Program-made: the position numbers and the translations under genes | The notes under the pieces: model-generated | Database searches by the model: none | What the model was told of the DNA's origin: nothing | The model's input: only the letters and a program-made list of their open reading frames with translations | Part shown: piece by piece, positions 12,587-23,245 of the stretch | Numbering within the stretch: the stretch's first letter is position 1 | How the letters are laid out: each line of letters starts with the position of its first letter | NCBI GenBank assembly: GCA_963797125.1 | Contig: CAWCOI010000005.1 | Span: forward strand, 177,598 to 241,597 | Direction: 5' to 3' | Source: an uncultured Thermoleophilia bacterium | Lineage (GTDB): Bacteria > Actinomycetota > Thermoleophilia > Gaiellales > Gaiellaceae | Length of the DNA stretch: 64,000 bases

Positions 12587-13208
12587 CTACCGCCTTCGGC
12601 GCACCTTCGCCCCGGCCGAGCTCGGTCCCGGCGACAGCGTCGCCGCTGCCCCTCGAACAGCGCCAGAGCGTCCTCGAGCGGCACGGAAACGACGGCGGCA
12701 ACCTCGTCGGGATGCAGCACGTAGGAGTCGAGCGGCAGATCGGAGCGCACGCGCGAAGACCTCCTGGACCTCGTTGTCCAGGCCGCGCGTCCCGCGGGCG
12801 AAGCGGCGCCCGAGCCGCACGAGGTCGTCCGAGCGGACGTCGAGCCCGATCTCCTCATCCGCCTCGCGTACTGCCTCTGCCAGCGTCTCACCGGCTCGAA
12901 GGTGCCCGCCTACCGCGACGTCGAGGGCGCCCGGCCAGGTGTCCTTCGACGGTGAGCGCCGCTGGAAGAGCGCGAACGCGCCCGTTCTCGTCGATCCCAC
13001 CGACCCAGATGTGGAGCGCTCCGTGCCAGTCGCCGTCGCGATGGACCTCACCGCGCGCCTTCCGCTCGCCGGTGGGCCGGCCGGAGGCGTCGAGGACGTC
13101 AAAGGGCTCGTCCTGCGGATCGGTGATCGGACGCGCGTCGCTCAGGGCATCTCGCAGCGTGCTCGCCTCAAAGGCCTCAAAATCGCTCGAGCACGTTCTC
13201 GAGCGCAC
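12587..13208 (-). CDS. NUDIX hydrolase, isopentenyl-diphosphate isomerase-like (at least 2 frameshifts)
   Basis: Nudix box GGHLRAGETLAEAVREADEEIGLDV. Pieces lie in three reverse-strand frames (13208-12950, 12950-12800, 12800-12600). Confidence 0.7.
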
Positions 13209-13755
13209 CGTCGGCGATCAGCTGCTCCGTGAGCTCGTTGCGCCCGGGGCGGACCTCACGCTGGACGGTGCCGTCCTCCCCGAGCCGGTACTGGCCGACC
13301 CAGTCGAGTCGTGGCGAGTAGACGTGCACCGTCACGGCCGGCGTAGGCCGTCCTCGTGCGTGACCCGGTGGATGTATCCAGGCCCTCCCTGGCGGGTGTT
13401 GCCGGCCCGCAGCTCCCGCGACTGGTGCTCACGCCCGTAGACCATCAGATCCTCGCGCACGCACCCATCGGCAACCGAGAGCCCGACGCCCGAGATGTAG
13501 TGGTCGTGGAATCCCGTCCCCTGCCCGGGCATCCAGGAGAGGATCCAGGCGTCCATGCGCTCGTCCTCGTAGAGGAGCTCGTAGCGCCTGCGCTCCTCGT
13601 CGCGCGTGGATGAGCGGCTCCCAGAGATCCGTCCGGTCGGCGATCGCGCCGGCAATGACCTCGAGCTCGTCCGGCGTGAGCAGGCCGTCGTGTGGCACGA
13701 GCCCATCGAGCGATGCGAGCGCGGGCACGAAGAGAGGCTCGGTGCTCAGCGACAT
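13177..13755 (-). CDS. cupin-fold cysteine-dioxygenase-like protein (at least 2 frameshifts)
   Basis: MSLSTEPLFVPALASLD.. N-terminus, cupin core WMPGQGTGFHDHYISGVGLSVADG, and C-terminal VHVYSPRLDWVGQYRLGEDG..ENVLERF in different frames. Confidence 0.7.
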
Positions 13756-13808
13756 AACGTCATCGTACCCCACCTCTCGCCGGCTCAATGGCGAGATTTG
13801 GCCAGCCT

Positions 13809-14252
13809 CTAAGGCTTCTCGCCCTGGAAGAGACGCCGGAAGGCGGCTCCGCGCGAGGCGCGGACCTCCTGCGTCTGGGGCAGGAGATCGCGATTCTGGA
13901 TCAGCCAGACACCGATCGCGCAGACGAGTGCGAGGATGCCGGTCAGGGCCCAGACGTCGGCGAGGTTGAACGCGATGAACGCGTGCTCGCCTCCGATCAC
14001 GAGCGGATTCGGGACCTGCATGTCGTTCCACGCGGCGGAGAGGCTGTTGCCGAGGATGCCCGCCGCGAGGATCCCCGCAGCGGGCGCGACGAACCGCGAC
14101 GGGATCTGCGAGATCGCGAACATGACGGCGAGCAGCGCCAGCGAGAGCGCCAGCCATCCGTACGAGCGCTGGTGATACGCCCACGAGGCGGTCGGCTCCT
14201 TCGCCTTTACGACCAGGTCGACGACGGCGAGCGGAATCGCCACGGCGAGCAT
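13809..14252 (-). CDS. lspA: lipoprotein signal peptidase II
   Basis: LspA motifs GNSLSAAWNDM and FIAFNLADVWA; four hydrophobic segments. Start taken at the internal Met (MLAVAIPLAVV); the ORF could extend to 14369. Confidence 0.75.
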   Translation of the reverse strand: MLAVAIPLAVVDLVVKAKEPTASWAYHQRSYGWLALSLALLAVMFAISQIPSRFVAPAAGILAAGILGNSLSAAWNDMQVPNPLVIGGEHAFIAFNLADVWALTGILALVCAIGVWLIQNRDLLPQTQEVRASRGAAFRRLFQGEKP

Positions 14253-14320
14253 GATCCCGATCTTTCGCACACTTCGACGGTACCGGAGCGCCACGCTACG
14301 GCGGTGGGCAGGATTGGGGA

Positions 14321-14740
14321 ATGCAACAGCATCTCGACGCCGGCTTTCTGCTCGACGACGACCCCGCACGGGTCGACCGCGTGGCCGTGCACGCGTTCAT
14401 CACGGAGAGCTACTGGGCGTCGGGACGGACACGTGAGGTCATGGACGAGCTGATCGAAGGCGCGGCGCGGGTAGGTGGGCTCTACGGCCCGGACGGCCGC
14501 CAGCTCGGCTTCGCGCGGGTCGTCTCCGACGGCCTCACGGTCTCGTATCTCGCAGACGTCTACGTGTTGGAGGAGGCCCGCGGACGGGGCCTTGGCCTGG
14601 CGCTCGTACGCTTCGCGGTCGACGACGGCCCGCTTGCGGGCACGAAGTGGATCCTTCACACGCGCGACATGCACCGGCTCTACGCGCGGCTCGGCTTCGT
14701 CGCTCCGGGCGAGCGGACGATGGAGCGGATGCCGCAATAG
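14321..14740 (+). CDS. GNAT family N-acetyltransferase
   Basis: Acetyl-CoA motif ARGRGLGLALVRFAV; 139 aa. Confidence 0.85.
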   Translation: MQQHLDAGFLLDDDPARVDRVAVHAFITESYWASGRTREVMDELIEGAARVGGLYGPDGRQLGFARVVSDGLTVSYLADVYVLEEARGRGLGLALVRFAVDDGPLAGTKWILHTRDMHRLYARLGFVAPGERTMERMPQ

Positions 14741-14800
14741 GCGCAGGGTTGCCGGGCAGGTGGCAGCCTGAAGCGGGCCACCGGCCCGTCGCCCCGAGTG

Positions 14801-16177
14801 CTAATCCGTCTTCGGCGAGCTCCACGGCGCGGTCAGCCGGTCGAGGAGGTGCTCGCGGGCGCGCGCGATCGAGATCCGCTCCTGGGCCAGCGAGTCGCGT
14901 TCGCGGATCGTGATCGTGTCGTCCTCGATCGTCTGCTCGTCGATCGTGAGCGCGAACGGCGTGCCGATCTCGTCCTGGCGGCGGTAGCGCCGGCCGATCT
15001 GCCCGCCATCGTCGTACTCGACGGAGATCACGCCACGGAGCTCCTCGTAGAGCTTGCGCGCTCGCCCGGTCATGTCCTCGTTCTTGCCGATCAGCGGCAG
15101 GATCGCGGCCTTGACGGGGGCAAGCTGAGGATGGAGGCGCAGGACGGTGCGCTCGCGGTCGGCGACGATCTCCTCGTCGTAGGCGTCGACGAGGAAGGCG
15201 AGCATCGAGCGGTTGACGCCGAGCGCCGGCTCGATCACGTGCGGTGTGTAGCGGCTGGTGCCGTCCTGCTCGACCCACTCGAGCTTCGTCCCCGAGGCGT
15301 TCGTGTGCGCGGTGAGGTCGAAGTCGCCGCGGTTCGCGACGCCCTCGAGCTCGGACCAGCCGATCGGGAACAGGTACTCGATGTCGCTCGTTCCGCTCGA
15401 GTAGTGCGACAGCTCGTCGGCGTCGTGCGGCCTGATCCGGAGGTGGCTCTCGCGGATGCCGTAGCGGCGATGCCAGTCGTAACGCGCCTGGACCCAGTAG
15501 CGGTACCACTCCTCGGCCTCGGTCGGTGGCACGAAGAACTCCATCTCCATCTGCTCGAACTCGAGGGTGCGGAAGATGAAGTTGCCGGGGGTGATCTCGT
15601 TGCGGAACGACTTGCCGATCTGCGCGATGCCGAACGGCGGCTTGCGCCGCGCGATCTGGGCGACGTTCTTGAAGTTGATGAAGATGCCCTGGGCCGTCTC
15701 GGGTCGCAGGTAGACGGGAATGCCCGTCTCCTCGAGCGCGCCGACGCGCGTCTCGAACATGAGGTTGAAGTGGCGCGCCTCGGTCAGGTCGCAGTCCGAC
15801 GTCTCGCCGGGCTTCTTGCTCGGTCGCTGGCCGCACTGCGCGTCCTCGAGGTGGTCGGCCCGAAACCGCTTCTTGCAGAACTTGCAGTCGACGAGCGGGT
15901 CGGTGAACCCGCCGACGTGGCCGGACGCCTCCCACACCTGCGGGTGGAGGATGATCGACGAGTCGAGCGCGACGATGTCGTCTCGCTCCTGCACCATCGC
16001 AGAGAGCCAGCGCTGCTTGATGTTGTCCTTGAGCAGGACGCCGTAGTGGCCGTAGTCGTACGACGAGCCGAGGCCGCCATAGATCTCGGACGACGGGAAG
16101 ACGAACCCGCGCCGCTTGGCGAGGGAGACGATCTTGTCCATCGTGACGGCGTCGTGCGAAGGGGTGGGATCAGACAT
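14801..16177 (-). CDS. glyQS: glycine--tRNA ligase (dimeric class II)
   Basis: 458 aa intact; SLAKRRGFVFPSSEIYGGLGSSYDYG and class II motifs. Start could be the second Met (MDKIVSL). Confidence 0.97.
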   Translation of the reverse strand: MSDPTPSHDAVTMDKIVSLAKRRGFVFPSSEIYGGLGSSYDYGHYGVLLKDNIKQRWLSAMVQERDDIVALDSSIILHPQVWEASGHVGGFTDPLVDCKFCKKRFRADHLEDAQCGQRPSKKPGETSDCDLTEARHFNLMFETRVGALEETGIPVYLRPETAQGIFINFKNVAQIARRKPPFGIAQIGKSFRNEITPGNFIFRTLEFEQMEMEFFVPPTEAEEWYRYWVQARYDWHRRYGIRESHLRIRPHDADELSHYSSGTSDIEYLFPIGWSELEGVANRGDFDLTAHTNASGTKLEWVEQDGTSRYTPHVIEPALGVNRSMLAFLVDAYDEEIVADRERTVLRLHPQLAPVKAAILPLIGKNEDMTGRARKLYEELRGVISVEYDDGGQIGRRYRRQDEIGTPFALTIDEQTIEDDTITIRERDSLAQERISIARAREHLLDRLTAPWSSPKTD

Positions 16178-16406
16178 GCTCGCCTCTCCTCGACCGCACG
16201 GATCAGCGTCGCAATCGCTCCAGCGAGAGCTCCACTGACGCTCGCCAGGATTGAGACTCTCGACGGCCGCCGCGCGACACCAGCTCAGAGGCGACCAGCG
16301 CCACCACGAAGAGGCACACCGCCCAGAAGGTGAGGGACTGCGAGATCGTCATTCCCCAGAAACTACCCATGCGGGACGGCCGACGTTCCCGGTAGCTTCC
16401 CTGCCG

Positions 16407-17588
16407 ATGGCCACCACGATGCCGGGCTCACGTCTCGTCTCGGACGACCTCGAAGCGCGCGCGATCGCGTGGCGCCGGCACCTGCACGCGAATCCGGAGC
16501 TGTCGTTCGAGGAGCACGAGACCTCGGCCTTCGTCGAGGAGACGCTGCGATCGTTCGGCGGGCTCGAGATCGAGCGTCCGGCGGGCACGTCGGTGGTGGC
16601 GCGACTGCACGGTGCGAGGCCGGGCAAGGTCGTCGTGCTCCGCGCGGACATGGACGCATTGCCGATCTCCGAGGAGAACGTTCTCCCTCACGTCTCGACG
16701 CGACCCGGGGTGATGCACGCCTGTGGGCACGACGGGCACACGGCGATGTTGCTCGGCGCGGCTCAGCTCCTGGTGGAGCGCCGGCAGGAGATCGCCGGAG
16801 AGGTGCGATTCGTCTTCCAGCATGCGGAGGAGCTGCCTCCGGGAGGTGCGCGTGAGGTCGTTGCCGCGGGCGTGCTCGACGGCGCCGACCTCGTCGCCGG
16901 CGTCCACCTGCTGTCGGCCCTCGAGACGGGACACGTCTCGGCCGCGCCTGGAGCAGTGATGGCCGCAGCAGACCTGTTCACGCTCGAGATCCTCGGCGCG
17001 GGAGGGCACGGCGCGAACCCGCACGAGACCATCGATCCGGTCGCGGTCGCGGCGCAGGTGATCACGAGCCTGCAGCAGATCGTCTCGCGCGAGACCGACC
17101 CCTTCGACTCCGTCGTCGTTTCGGTCACGACCCTGTCCGCCGGCACCGCCCGCAACGTGATTCCCGGGGCCGCCACGATCGGTGGCACCGTCCGTACGCT
17201 GTCCCTCGCCCGGCGCGGCGAGGTGCGCGAGGCGATGGAGCGCGTGATCGCGGGCGTCACGGCCGCCCATCGTGCGACGTACCGCTTCGACTACGAAGTC
17301 GGCTACGACCCGGTCGTCAACGATCGCGAGACCGCGGCCGCGGTCCGGCAGGCGATCGTGGCGGAGCTCGGCGAGGAGGCTCTTGTCGAGGTGGCGCCGG
17401 TGATGGGGGGCGAGGACTTCTCGGCCTACTGCGCGGTTGCGCCCGCGGCGTTCTTCTGGGTGGGCAGCGGCAACGACGCCCTCGGTACGTCGTTCCCGCA
17501 TCATCACCCGCGCTTCGATATCGACGAGGCCGCACTGCGCGACGGCATCGCCGTTTTCGCCCGCACGGCGCTCGACGCGCTTCGCTAG
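16407..17588 (+). CDS. M20 amidohydrolase (N-acyl-L-amino-acid amidohydrolase/hippuricase type)
   Basis: MHACGHDGH metal-binding motif and M20D architecture; intact. Confidence 0.9.
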   Translation: MATTMPGSRLVSDDLEARAIAWRRHLHANPELSFEEHETSAFVEETLRSFGGLEIERPAGTSVVARLHGARPGKVVVLRADMDALPISEENVLPHVSTRPGVMHACGHDGHTAMLLGAAQLLVERRQEIAGEVRFVFQHAEELPPGGAREVVAAGVLDGADLVAGVHLLSALETGHVSAAPGAVMAAADLFTLEILGAGGHGANPHETIDPVAVAAQVITSLQQIVSRETDPFDSVVVSVTTLSAGTARNVIPGAATIGGTVRTLSLARRGEVREAMERVIAGVTAAHRATYRFDYEVGYDPVVNDRETAAAVRQAIVAELGEEALVEVAPVMGGEDFSAYCAVAPAAFFWVGSGNDALGTSFPHHHPRFDIDEAALRDGIAVFARTALDALR

Positions 17589-17602
17589 CGAGCAGGCGGC
17601 GC

Positions 17603-18071
17603 GTGGCGGGCAAGGGCACGCCGGCGATCGTGGCGGCCGAGCGCGCCGGGATCGCATTCACCGTGCACGAGTACGCTCACGACCCGAAGGCCGCGAGCTA
17701 TGGGCTCGAGGCAGCCGAGAAGCTCGGAATCGACCCCGCGCGCGTCTTCAAGACGCTCGTCGCCGACGTCGACGGCGTCCTCACCGTTGCCGATCGTGCC
17801 GGTTGCCGCCCAGCTCGACCTGAAGGCGCTCGGGAAGAGGACCGCGATGGCCGACCCGAAGCTCGCCGAGCGGACGACGGGCTACGTCGCCGGTGGGATC
17901 AGCCCGATCGGGCAGCGCAAGCGGCTGCCGACCGTGCTGGACGAATCCGCTCTCGCGTTCGCGACGATCCACGTCAGCGCCGGCCGGCGCGGCCTCGAGA
18001 TCGAGCTCGCGCCCGCGGACCTTCTGACCCTGACGGGCGGCGAGGCGCGGCCGATTGCGGCCAGTCGCTGA
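17603..18071 (+). CDS. ybaK: Cys-tRNA(Pro)/Cys-tRNA(Cys) deacylase YbaK (one frameshift near 17800)
   Basis: YbaK-like N-terminus in frame 2; the remainder ([12 protein letters not shown] ... [13 protein letters not shown]) in frame 3. Confidence 0.8.
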
Positions 18072-18422
18072 GGGGTCGCGCGCCTGGCCCAGCCGGGACG
18101 AGCACCGCAGCTCCGAAGCGGCCGGGCGCTCGAGCTGGATGCGCGACTGATGAGGGTAGCGTCACAGACCCGTCACGCTTCCGGCGCAGACGCGTCACGC
18201 AATCGTGGGTAGCGTTCCAAGAGGGGCCCTCAAAGCCCCCTGGGGGAGGTTGGGGACGCTCGGGGGACATTGGGCGGACCGGCATTCGTCGCGATGCGCC
18301 TCTCGCTCGTTGAGGGAGAGTGAGGACCTTCGGCGAGATCGGCGAGGCAGGGATGAGCCGGTGCCGGCCCGAAGGAGGCCGTCCTCCGTCCCGTGGGCCA
18401 ACCGCGAACGCCCTCGCTCGGA

Positions 18423-19459
18423 TCAAATCGAGAGAAGCCGCGCCGCCGTCGCCTTGAACGACGCCACCGCGACGTCGCCCTCGCGCAGGCCGAGCCTCTC
18501 GGCCGACGCGGCCGTGACCTCGGCGACAATCGGGCCAACGCGGATCCGCGTCCGGTTTCCGAGCGGGACGATCGAGGCGACCGTGGCCCTGATGTGGTTC
18601 ACGGCCGAGTCCTCCGGCATCTCGTGGGAGAGCGACACCTCCCAGGGATAGACCGCGAGGCCGACTCGCCCGATCCCGGCGTCGCTACTCCACGCCGTGC
18701 CGCCGGCGTCCAACACGACCTCCGTGAGGCCGTTCGCCGCCGCCGAGGCCGTGCCCTCGAGGAGCGTTGCCCCCGTGAAGCTCGCCACGAACGAGTCGGC
18801 GGGGTTGGCCACCAGCTCGGCCGCGGTGCCCGTCTGCAGGATCTTCCCGTCCACGATCACCCCGACGGTGTCCGCGAGCGCTGCCGCGTCCTCGAAATCG
18901 TGCGTGACGAGGATCGTCGGGAGCGCGAGGTCGCGGAGCAGCTCGTGCAGCTCGGTGCGCACCGTGGCCTTCGTGTGGGCATCCAACGCGGAAAGCGGCT
19001 CGTCGAGAAGGAGCACGCCGGGGTCGAAGGCGAGCGCGCGGGCGAGCGCGACACGCTGGCGTTCGCCGCCCGAGAGCTCCTGCACCCGCGCGCGCGTCAG
19101 GTGGGAGATCCTGAACCGCTCGAGCAGCGCGTCGACCGGGACGTTGCGCCGCGTGCCGAAGCGGACGTTCGCCAGCACGTCGAGGTGGGGGAAGAGGGCG
19201 TACTCCTGGAAGAGGTAGCCGACCCGCCGCCGCTCCGGGCGGGACGTTGATACCCGACCGCGTATCGAGCCAGACGTCGTCGTCCGAGCGAGAGGATTCC
19301 TCGCTGCGGCCGCAGCAGCCCCGAGACGACCCGCAACACCGTCGTCTTGCCGGCACCCGACGGCCCCACGAGGGCCGTCGTGGTGCCCGGCGCGACGGTC
19401 AGCTCGAGAGAGGCGTCGAAGCTGCGAAGGGGATGGGTGAAGTCGAGGCTGAGCGCCAT
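18423..19459 (-). CDS. modC: molybdate ABC transporter ATP-binding protein with C-terminal TOBE domain (2 frameshifts)
   Basis: Walker A GPSGAGKTT and signature LSGGERQRVALARAL. The C-terminal TOBE/Mop domain is present. The N-terminal third is spread over three frames. Confidence 0.85.
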
Positions 19460-20215
19460 CGGGTCAGGAGCTTGACGGAGAGGAGGGTCAGGGCGCTGAT
19501 GAGCACGAGCACGGCGCTGATCGCGAGAGCGACGTTGAAGTCGATGTCGAACTGCTCGTAGATGGCGAGCGACAGCGTCTGGGTGACGCCCTGGAGCGAG
19601 CCGGCGAACATGATCGTGGCGCCGAACTCCCCGATCCCACGCGCGAACGCGAGGGCGGCACCGGCACCGAGCCCGCCAGCCGCGAGCGGCAGATGCGATG
19701 CGGAAGAAGACGCGCCCGGGCCGGCGCCGAGCGTCCGGCGCGGCGGCGGGCAGCGCCGGGTCGATCGCCTCGAACGCCGAGACCGCGGTACGCACGTAGA
19801 AGGGGCTGGCGACGAAGGTGACCGCGAGGACGACCGCGAGCTTCGTGAATGCGACGTCGATCCCGAGCGTGTCGAACGTCCCGCCGAGGAGCCCCATGCG
19901 CCCGAACGCGACGAGCAGACCGATCCCTGCGACGGCGGGCGGCAGCACGAGGGGGAGCTCGATCAGCGTCACGACGAGGTCGCGGAAGCGCGAGGCACGC
20001 GTCGCGACCCAGTACGCCGTCGGGGTGCCGAAGGCGATGATCAGCAGCATCGCGACCGTGATCGTCTCGGCGGTGACGACGAGCGCATCCTTTGCAGCGC
20101 TCGTTCCAAGGGCGGCGAGAGATCGCCCGGCGGAACCTGGAGGAAGATCGCGACGATCGGAAGCAGCAGGAAGAGCAGGGCGACGCCCGTCGCGAGGACG
20201 AGCGTCGCCCGGAAG
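19399..20215 (-). CDS. modB: molybdate ABC transporter permease (frameshifted; start not resolved)
   Basis: ModB-like TM segments. Pieces include FRATLVLATGVALLFLLLPIV, MLLIIAFGTPTAYW..SPFYVRTAVSAFEAIDP and MFAGSLQGVTQTLSLAIYEQF in different frames. Confidence 0.8.
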
Positions 20216-20221
20216 ACCTTG

Positions 20222-20977
20222 TCTACGAGGAAGCCTTGGGCAGCGGCAGGAAGCCGGCGTTCTTCAGCGCGGTCTGGCCCTTGGTGGAGAGGAGCGTCTT
20301 GATCCATGCCTGTGCGGCGGCCTTGTTGCTGGACTTGGAGACGACCGCGATCTCGTAGCGTACGCGCGGCTGTGCCCAGGCGGGGATCCGGATCGACGGT
20401 CACCTGATCGCTGACGGCGCGGGCGTCCGTGACGTAGACGAAGCCGGCGTCCGCCTGGCCGAGTGCGACCTTGCCGGTCACGGCCTTGACGTCGGACTCC
20501 TGGCTGACGACGGAGTTGAGCACCGACGAAAGGTTCATCTTCTTGAGCACCGTGCGGGTGTAGCTGCCGACGGGAACGGCCGAGTTCGCGATCACGAGCT
20601 TGACGTTCTTCGTCTTCAGGTCGTAGACCGACTTGATGCCGGCCGGATTCGACTTCGGCACGATCAACGCGAGCCGGTTGGCCGTGAAGGTGACCGGCTT
20701 CTCGACGATCCCTGCCGCGAAGAGCCGCTGTGTGTTCAACGGGGCCGCCGAGGCGAAGATGTCGGCCGGGGCGCCATTCTTGATCTGGGTCTCGAGCACG
20801 TTCGAGCCGGCGAAGCTGTAGTGCTGAGCGTTGTCGTACGAGCTTGAAGACCTCGGTCAGCGAGGCGGCCGCGTAGATCGTGAGCGGGTCGGCCTTCGTC
20901 GGCGCGCCTGCTGTGGCGGAAAGAACGAGTGCGATGACGACGATCGCCGCCGCGAGAACCGTGGTGATGCGCTTCAT
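20222..20977 (-). CDS. modA: molybdate ABC transporter substrate-binding protein (one frameshift)
   Basis: Signal peptide MKRITTVLAAAIVVIALVLSATAG followed by a ModA-like body. The C-terminus ...KNAGFLPLPKASS is recovered in the +1 frame. Confidence 0.85.
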
Positions 20978-20987
20978 GGGGTGTCTC

Positions 20988-21567
20988 CTAGCCAAGGTAG
21001 GCCTCGATTGCGTCGCTTGCGGACTCCACGGTGACCGAGGCAGGGAACGAGACTCCGACGATCCGGCCGCCCTGGAGAGCTGGAGAGCGCGCCGACCTGC
21101 TGGGCGACGTTCGCGGCCATGCTCGCGTAGAGCGTGCGATAGGAGGCGATCGAGATGGCCCCTGCCGCGCTGATGTAGGTGCCGAGGAGTGCCTGCGTGA
21201 TCGTCAGGCCGGTCGCCGCCGTTGAGTCGGCCGTCGCGAACGTCTTCGCGGGCCAGACGAACTCGAAGTCGTCCTCGACCGCAGCGGTCTGGCCGGCGTC
21301 GGTGAGGAGCTTGCCGAGAGCGGTCGCGTGCTCGTTCGCATTGAACGCCCCGCGCGCGAGTGCTGCGGGCGCCGGAGCCGGTGGCGACCTTCGCGGCCGT
21401 TGCCTTCGCGTAGAAGTCCTCGAGCAGGAACTCGGTCGCCTGGCCGAAGTTGGCGTAGGCGAGCTCGTCGTCGGTCGCGGTCAGAGCAGCGAGGGCGTTC
21501 GTCGTCGAAAGCCCGGTCACGGCGAGTCCCGCGCCGGCGGCGGAGAGGATGAGACGTCGTCGGTTCA
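20988..21567 (-). CDS. Tat-signal ferritin-like domain protein (frameshifted)
   Basis: Twin-arginine signal MNRRRLILSAAGAGLAVTG, then TDDELAYANFGQATEFLLEDFYAKA (ferritin-like/DUF4439-like). Immediately upstream of modA on the same strand. Confidence 0.6.
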
Positions 21568-21700
21568 TGCCTGGCGCGCGCTCCTTGTGAATGCCGGCGC
21601 CGCAGGAGCGACCGGTAGATGAATATTGACTACAAGCGGGCAGTAACCTACCACGCAAACGTGTTAGCCAACCGTAAGAATCGACGAACAAGGAGCCCAC

Positions 21701-21904
21701 GTGCCGATCAGCGCGCGCAACCAACTTGCAGGAAAGGTCACCGCGATTCACACCGGTGAGGTGATGGCAGAGGTCGAGGTCGCCGTCGGAGCCAATCAGA
21801 TCGTCTCCGTCATTACCCGCCGGAGCGTCGAGGATCTCGGGCTCGCCGTCGGGGACGAGGTCACCGTCGTCATCAAGTCGACCGAGGTGATGCTCTCGAA
21901 GTAG
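21701..21904 (+). CDS. mop: molybdopterin-binding TOBE-domain protein (Mop)
   Basis: 67 aa, GTG start with AAGGAG Shine-Dalgarno; TOBE-like MPISARNQLAGKVTAI.. Divergent from the mod operon. Confidence 0.85.
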   Translation: MPISARNQLAGKVTAIHTGEVMAEVEVAVGANQIVSVITRRSVEDLGLAVGDEVTVVIKSTEVMLSK

Positions 21905-21919
21905 GGCGGCGGTTTCGGG

Positions 21920-23098
21920 TTACCCGGTCTCGTCGAGAGGCTCGACCACCGCGATGCCGGCATTCTCGCCGGCGGGCGCGTCGCGCGTGTCGACGACGAG
22001 CCAGCGCGCTTGCCTATCGGGTGGAAGCGTCAGGAGGTCGCCCAGGTGAATCCGCTTGCCCCTCGCCGCGAGCAGCAGGTCGTGTTGCGAGCGACCCCCG
22101 TTCGCCCTACGGATGATCGTCCAGCGAGTCCGTTCGGACCCGCGATCCGGCTCGCCGCAGCGGGCCTTGTCGCTGCAGAAGCCGGTGCGGGAGTGGTTGT
22201 GGCAGAGGAGGCCCTGAACGCGGTTTCTGCGGTCGACGACGACGAGGCGCCCATCGGCGGCCTCTCGCAACCGCCGATGCGCCTCGGGCAACGTCGCGTC
22301 GGCCGGAATCGTGAGCGGCTCGTGCGCGAACCACCCGGCCATATCGCTGTCCAGCGCCTCGGCAGGGATGTCGGTGCGCCGGAGCAGCCCCCGACAGCTT
22401 CCGCGATGGACGAGCAGCGCCACCCGCACGCGACTGCTCGAGAACTGTGCCCGGACGTCACCGACGGTCGCCTTGTGCGGCAGCACCTTCGGGTTCTCGA
22501 ACATGACATCGCGAACGCGTGGCGTGCGTCGCCGCGTGCGCGTGCGGGCAGGGTCGCTCGAGATCCCAGCGCGCGGGTCGTTGAGGAAGTAGAGGAGCTC
22601 GCCTTCGGTGGCCGGGATCGAGCCACTCCCCAGAGACCGATCGGGCGTCACGTCAACCTCGACCGTCGCGGACAGCTCGATGGCGTCTCGGTCGATCGCG
22701 TCGAACAGCGGCACATACGGCTTGATGTCGAGCACCGGTGTGCCGTCGAGCAGATCGAGCCCGGCGACCTCGAGGGACGTCCCCGTGATCCCGATCAACT
22801 CGAGCACCGAGATCCCGATCGGGTTCGGACGGCTTGGCGACCGGGTGGCGAACGCTCCACGCTCGGGCGAGGGCCTCTGGTCGCGGGTCGGACCGGGAAG
22901 CTCGTGCAGGTCGGCGACGACCCAGATGTACGAGAAGCCGTCGAGCCCGACGAGCGCGTCGAGATGTTGCGGATCGATCTCGATCGAGCCACGAGCCTCC
23001 TGGCTCGCGACCGACTGGGTCGGAGTGCCTTCGAGAGTGCGAAACGGCGAGCGCACCACACCGATGACGTCGTAGATAACGGTCGCAGGCTCGGGCAT
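21920..23098 (-). CDS. TsaA/YaeB (TrmO-like) methyltransferase domain fused to a CBS-domain pair and a C-terminal extension
   Basis: N-terminus VIGVVRSPFRTLEGTPTQ..FSYIWVVADLHE..GAFATRSPSRPNPIG..GTPVLDIKPYVP matches the TsaA fold. Residues about 190-300 form two CBS motifs. About 90 further residues include a CHNHSRTGFCSDKARC Cys/His cluster. 392 aa continuous ORF. Confidence 0.8.
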   Translation of the reverse strand: MPEPATVIYDVIGVVRSPFRTLEGTPTQSVASQEARGSIEIDPQHLDALVGLDGFSYIWVVADLHELPGPTRDQRPSPERGAFATRSPSRPNPIGISVLELIGITGTSLEVAGLDLLDGTPVLDIKPYVPLFDAIDRDAIELSATVEVDVTPDRSLGSGSIPATEGELLYFLNDPRAGISSDPARTRTRRRTPRVRDVMFENPKVLPHKATVGDVRAQFSSSRVRVALLVHRGSCRGLLRRTDIPAEALDSDMAGWFAHEPLTIPADATLPEAHRRLREAADGRLVVVDRRNRVQGLLCHNHSRTGFCSDKARCGEPDRGSERTRWTIIRRANGGRSQHDLLLAARGKRIHLGDLLTLPPDRQARWLVVDTRDAPAGENAGIAVVEPLDETG

Positions 23099-23245
23099 CG
23101 GCGCGGTGATGGAAAGAAGCTGCCCTGCCCCACCGTCAGTCGACTGCGGGACAGGGCGCGAGCTCTACGAGGGCGATGCTAGTCGAAAGATAACTACCGA
23201 TCAACCGATCCCGCGCGAGGCCGGAAGGCGACCTAAGATCCTCCA

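Noticed and set aside
16178-16406. T-box leader upstream of glyQS
   Set aside because: The reverse complement of the region lacks the conserved T-box sequence (AATTAGGGTGGNACCGCG) and specifier-loop architecture.
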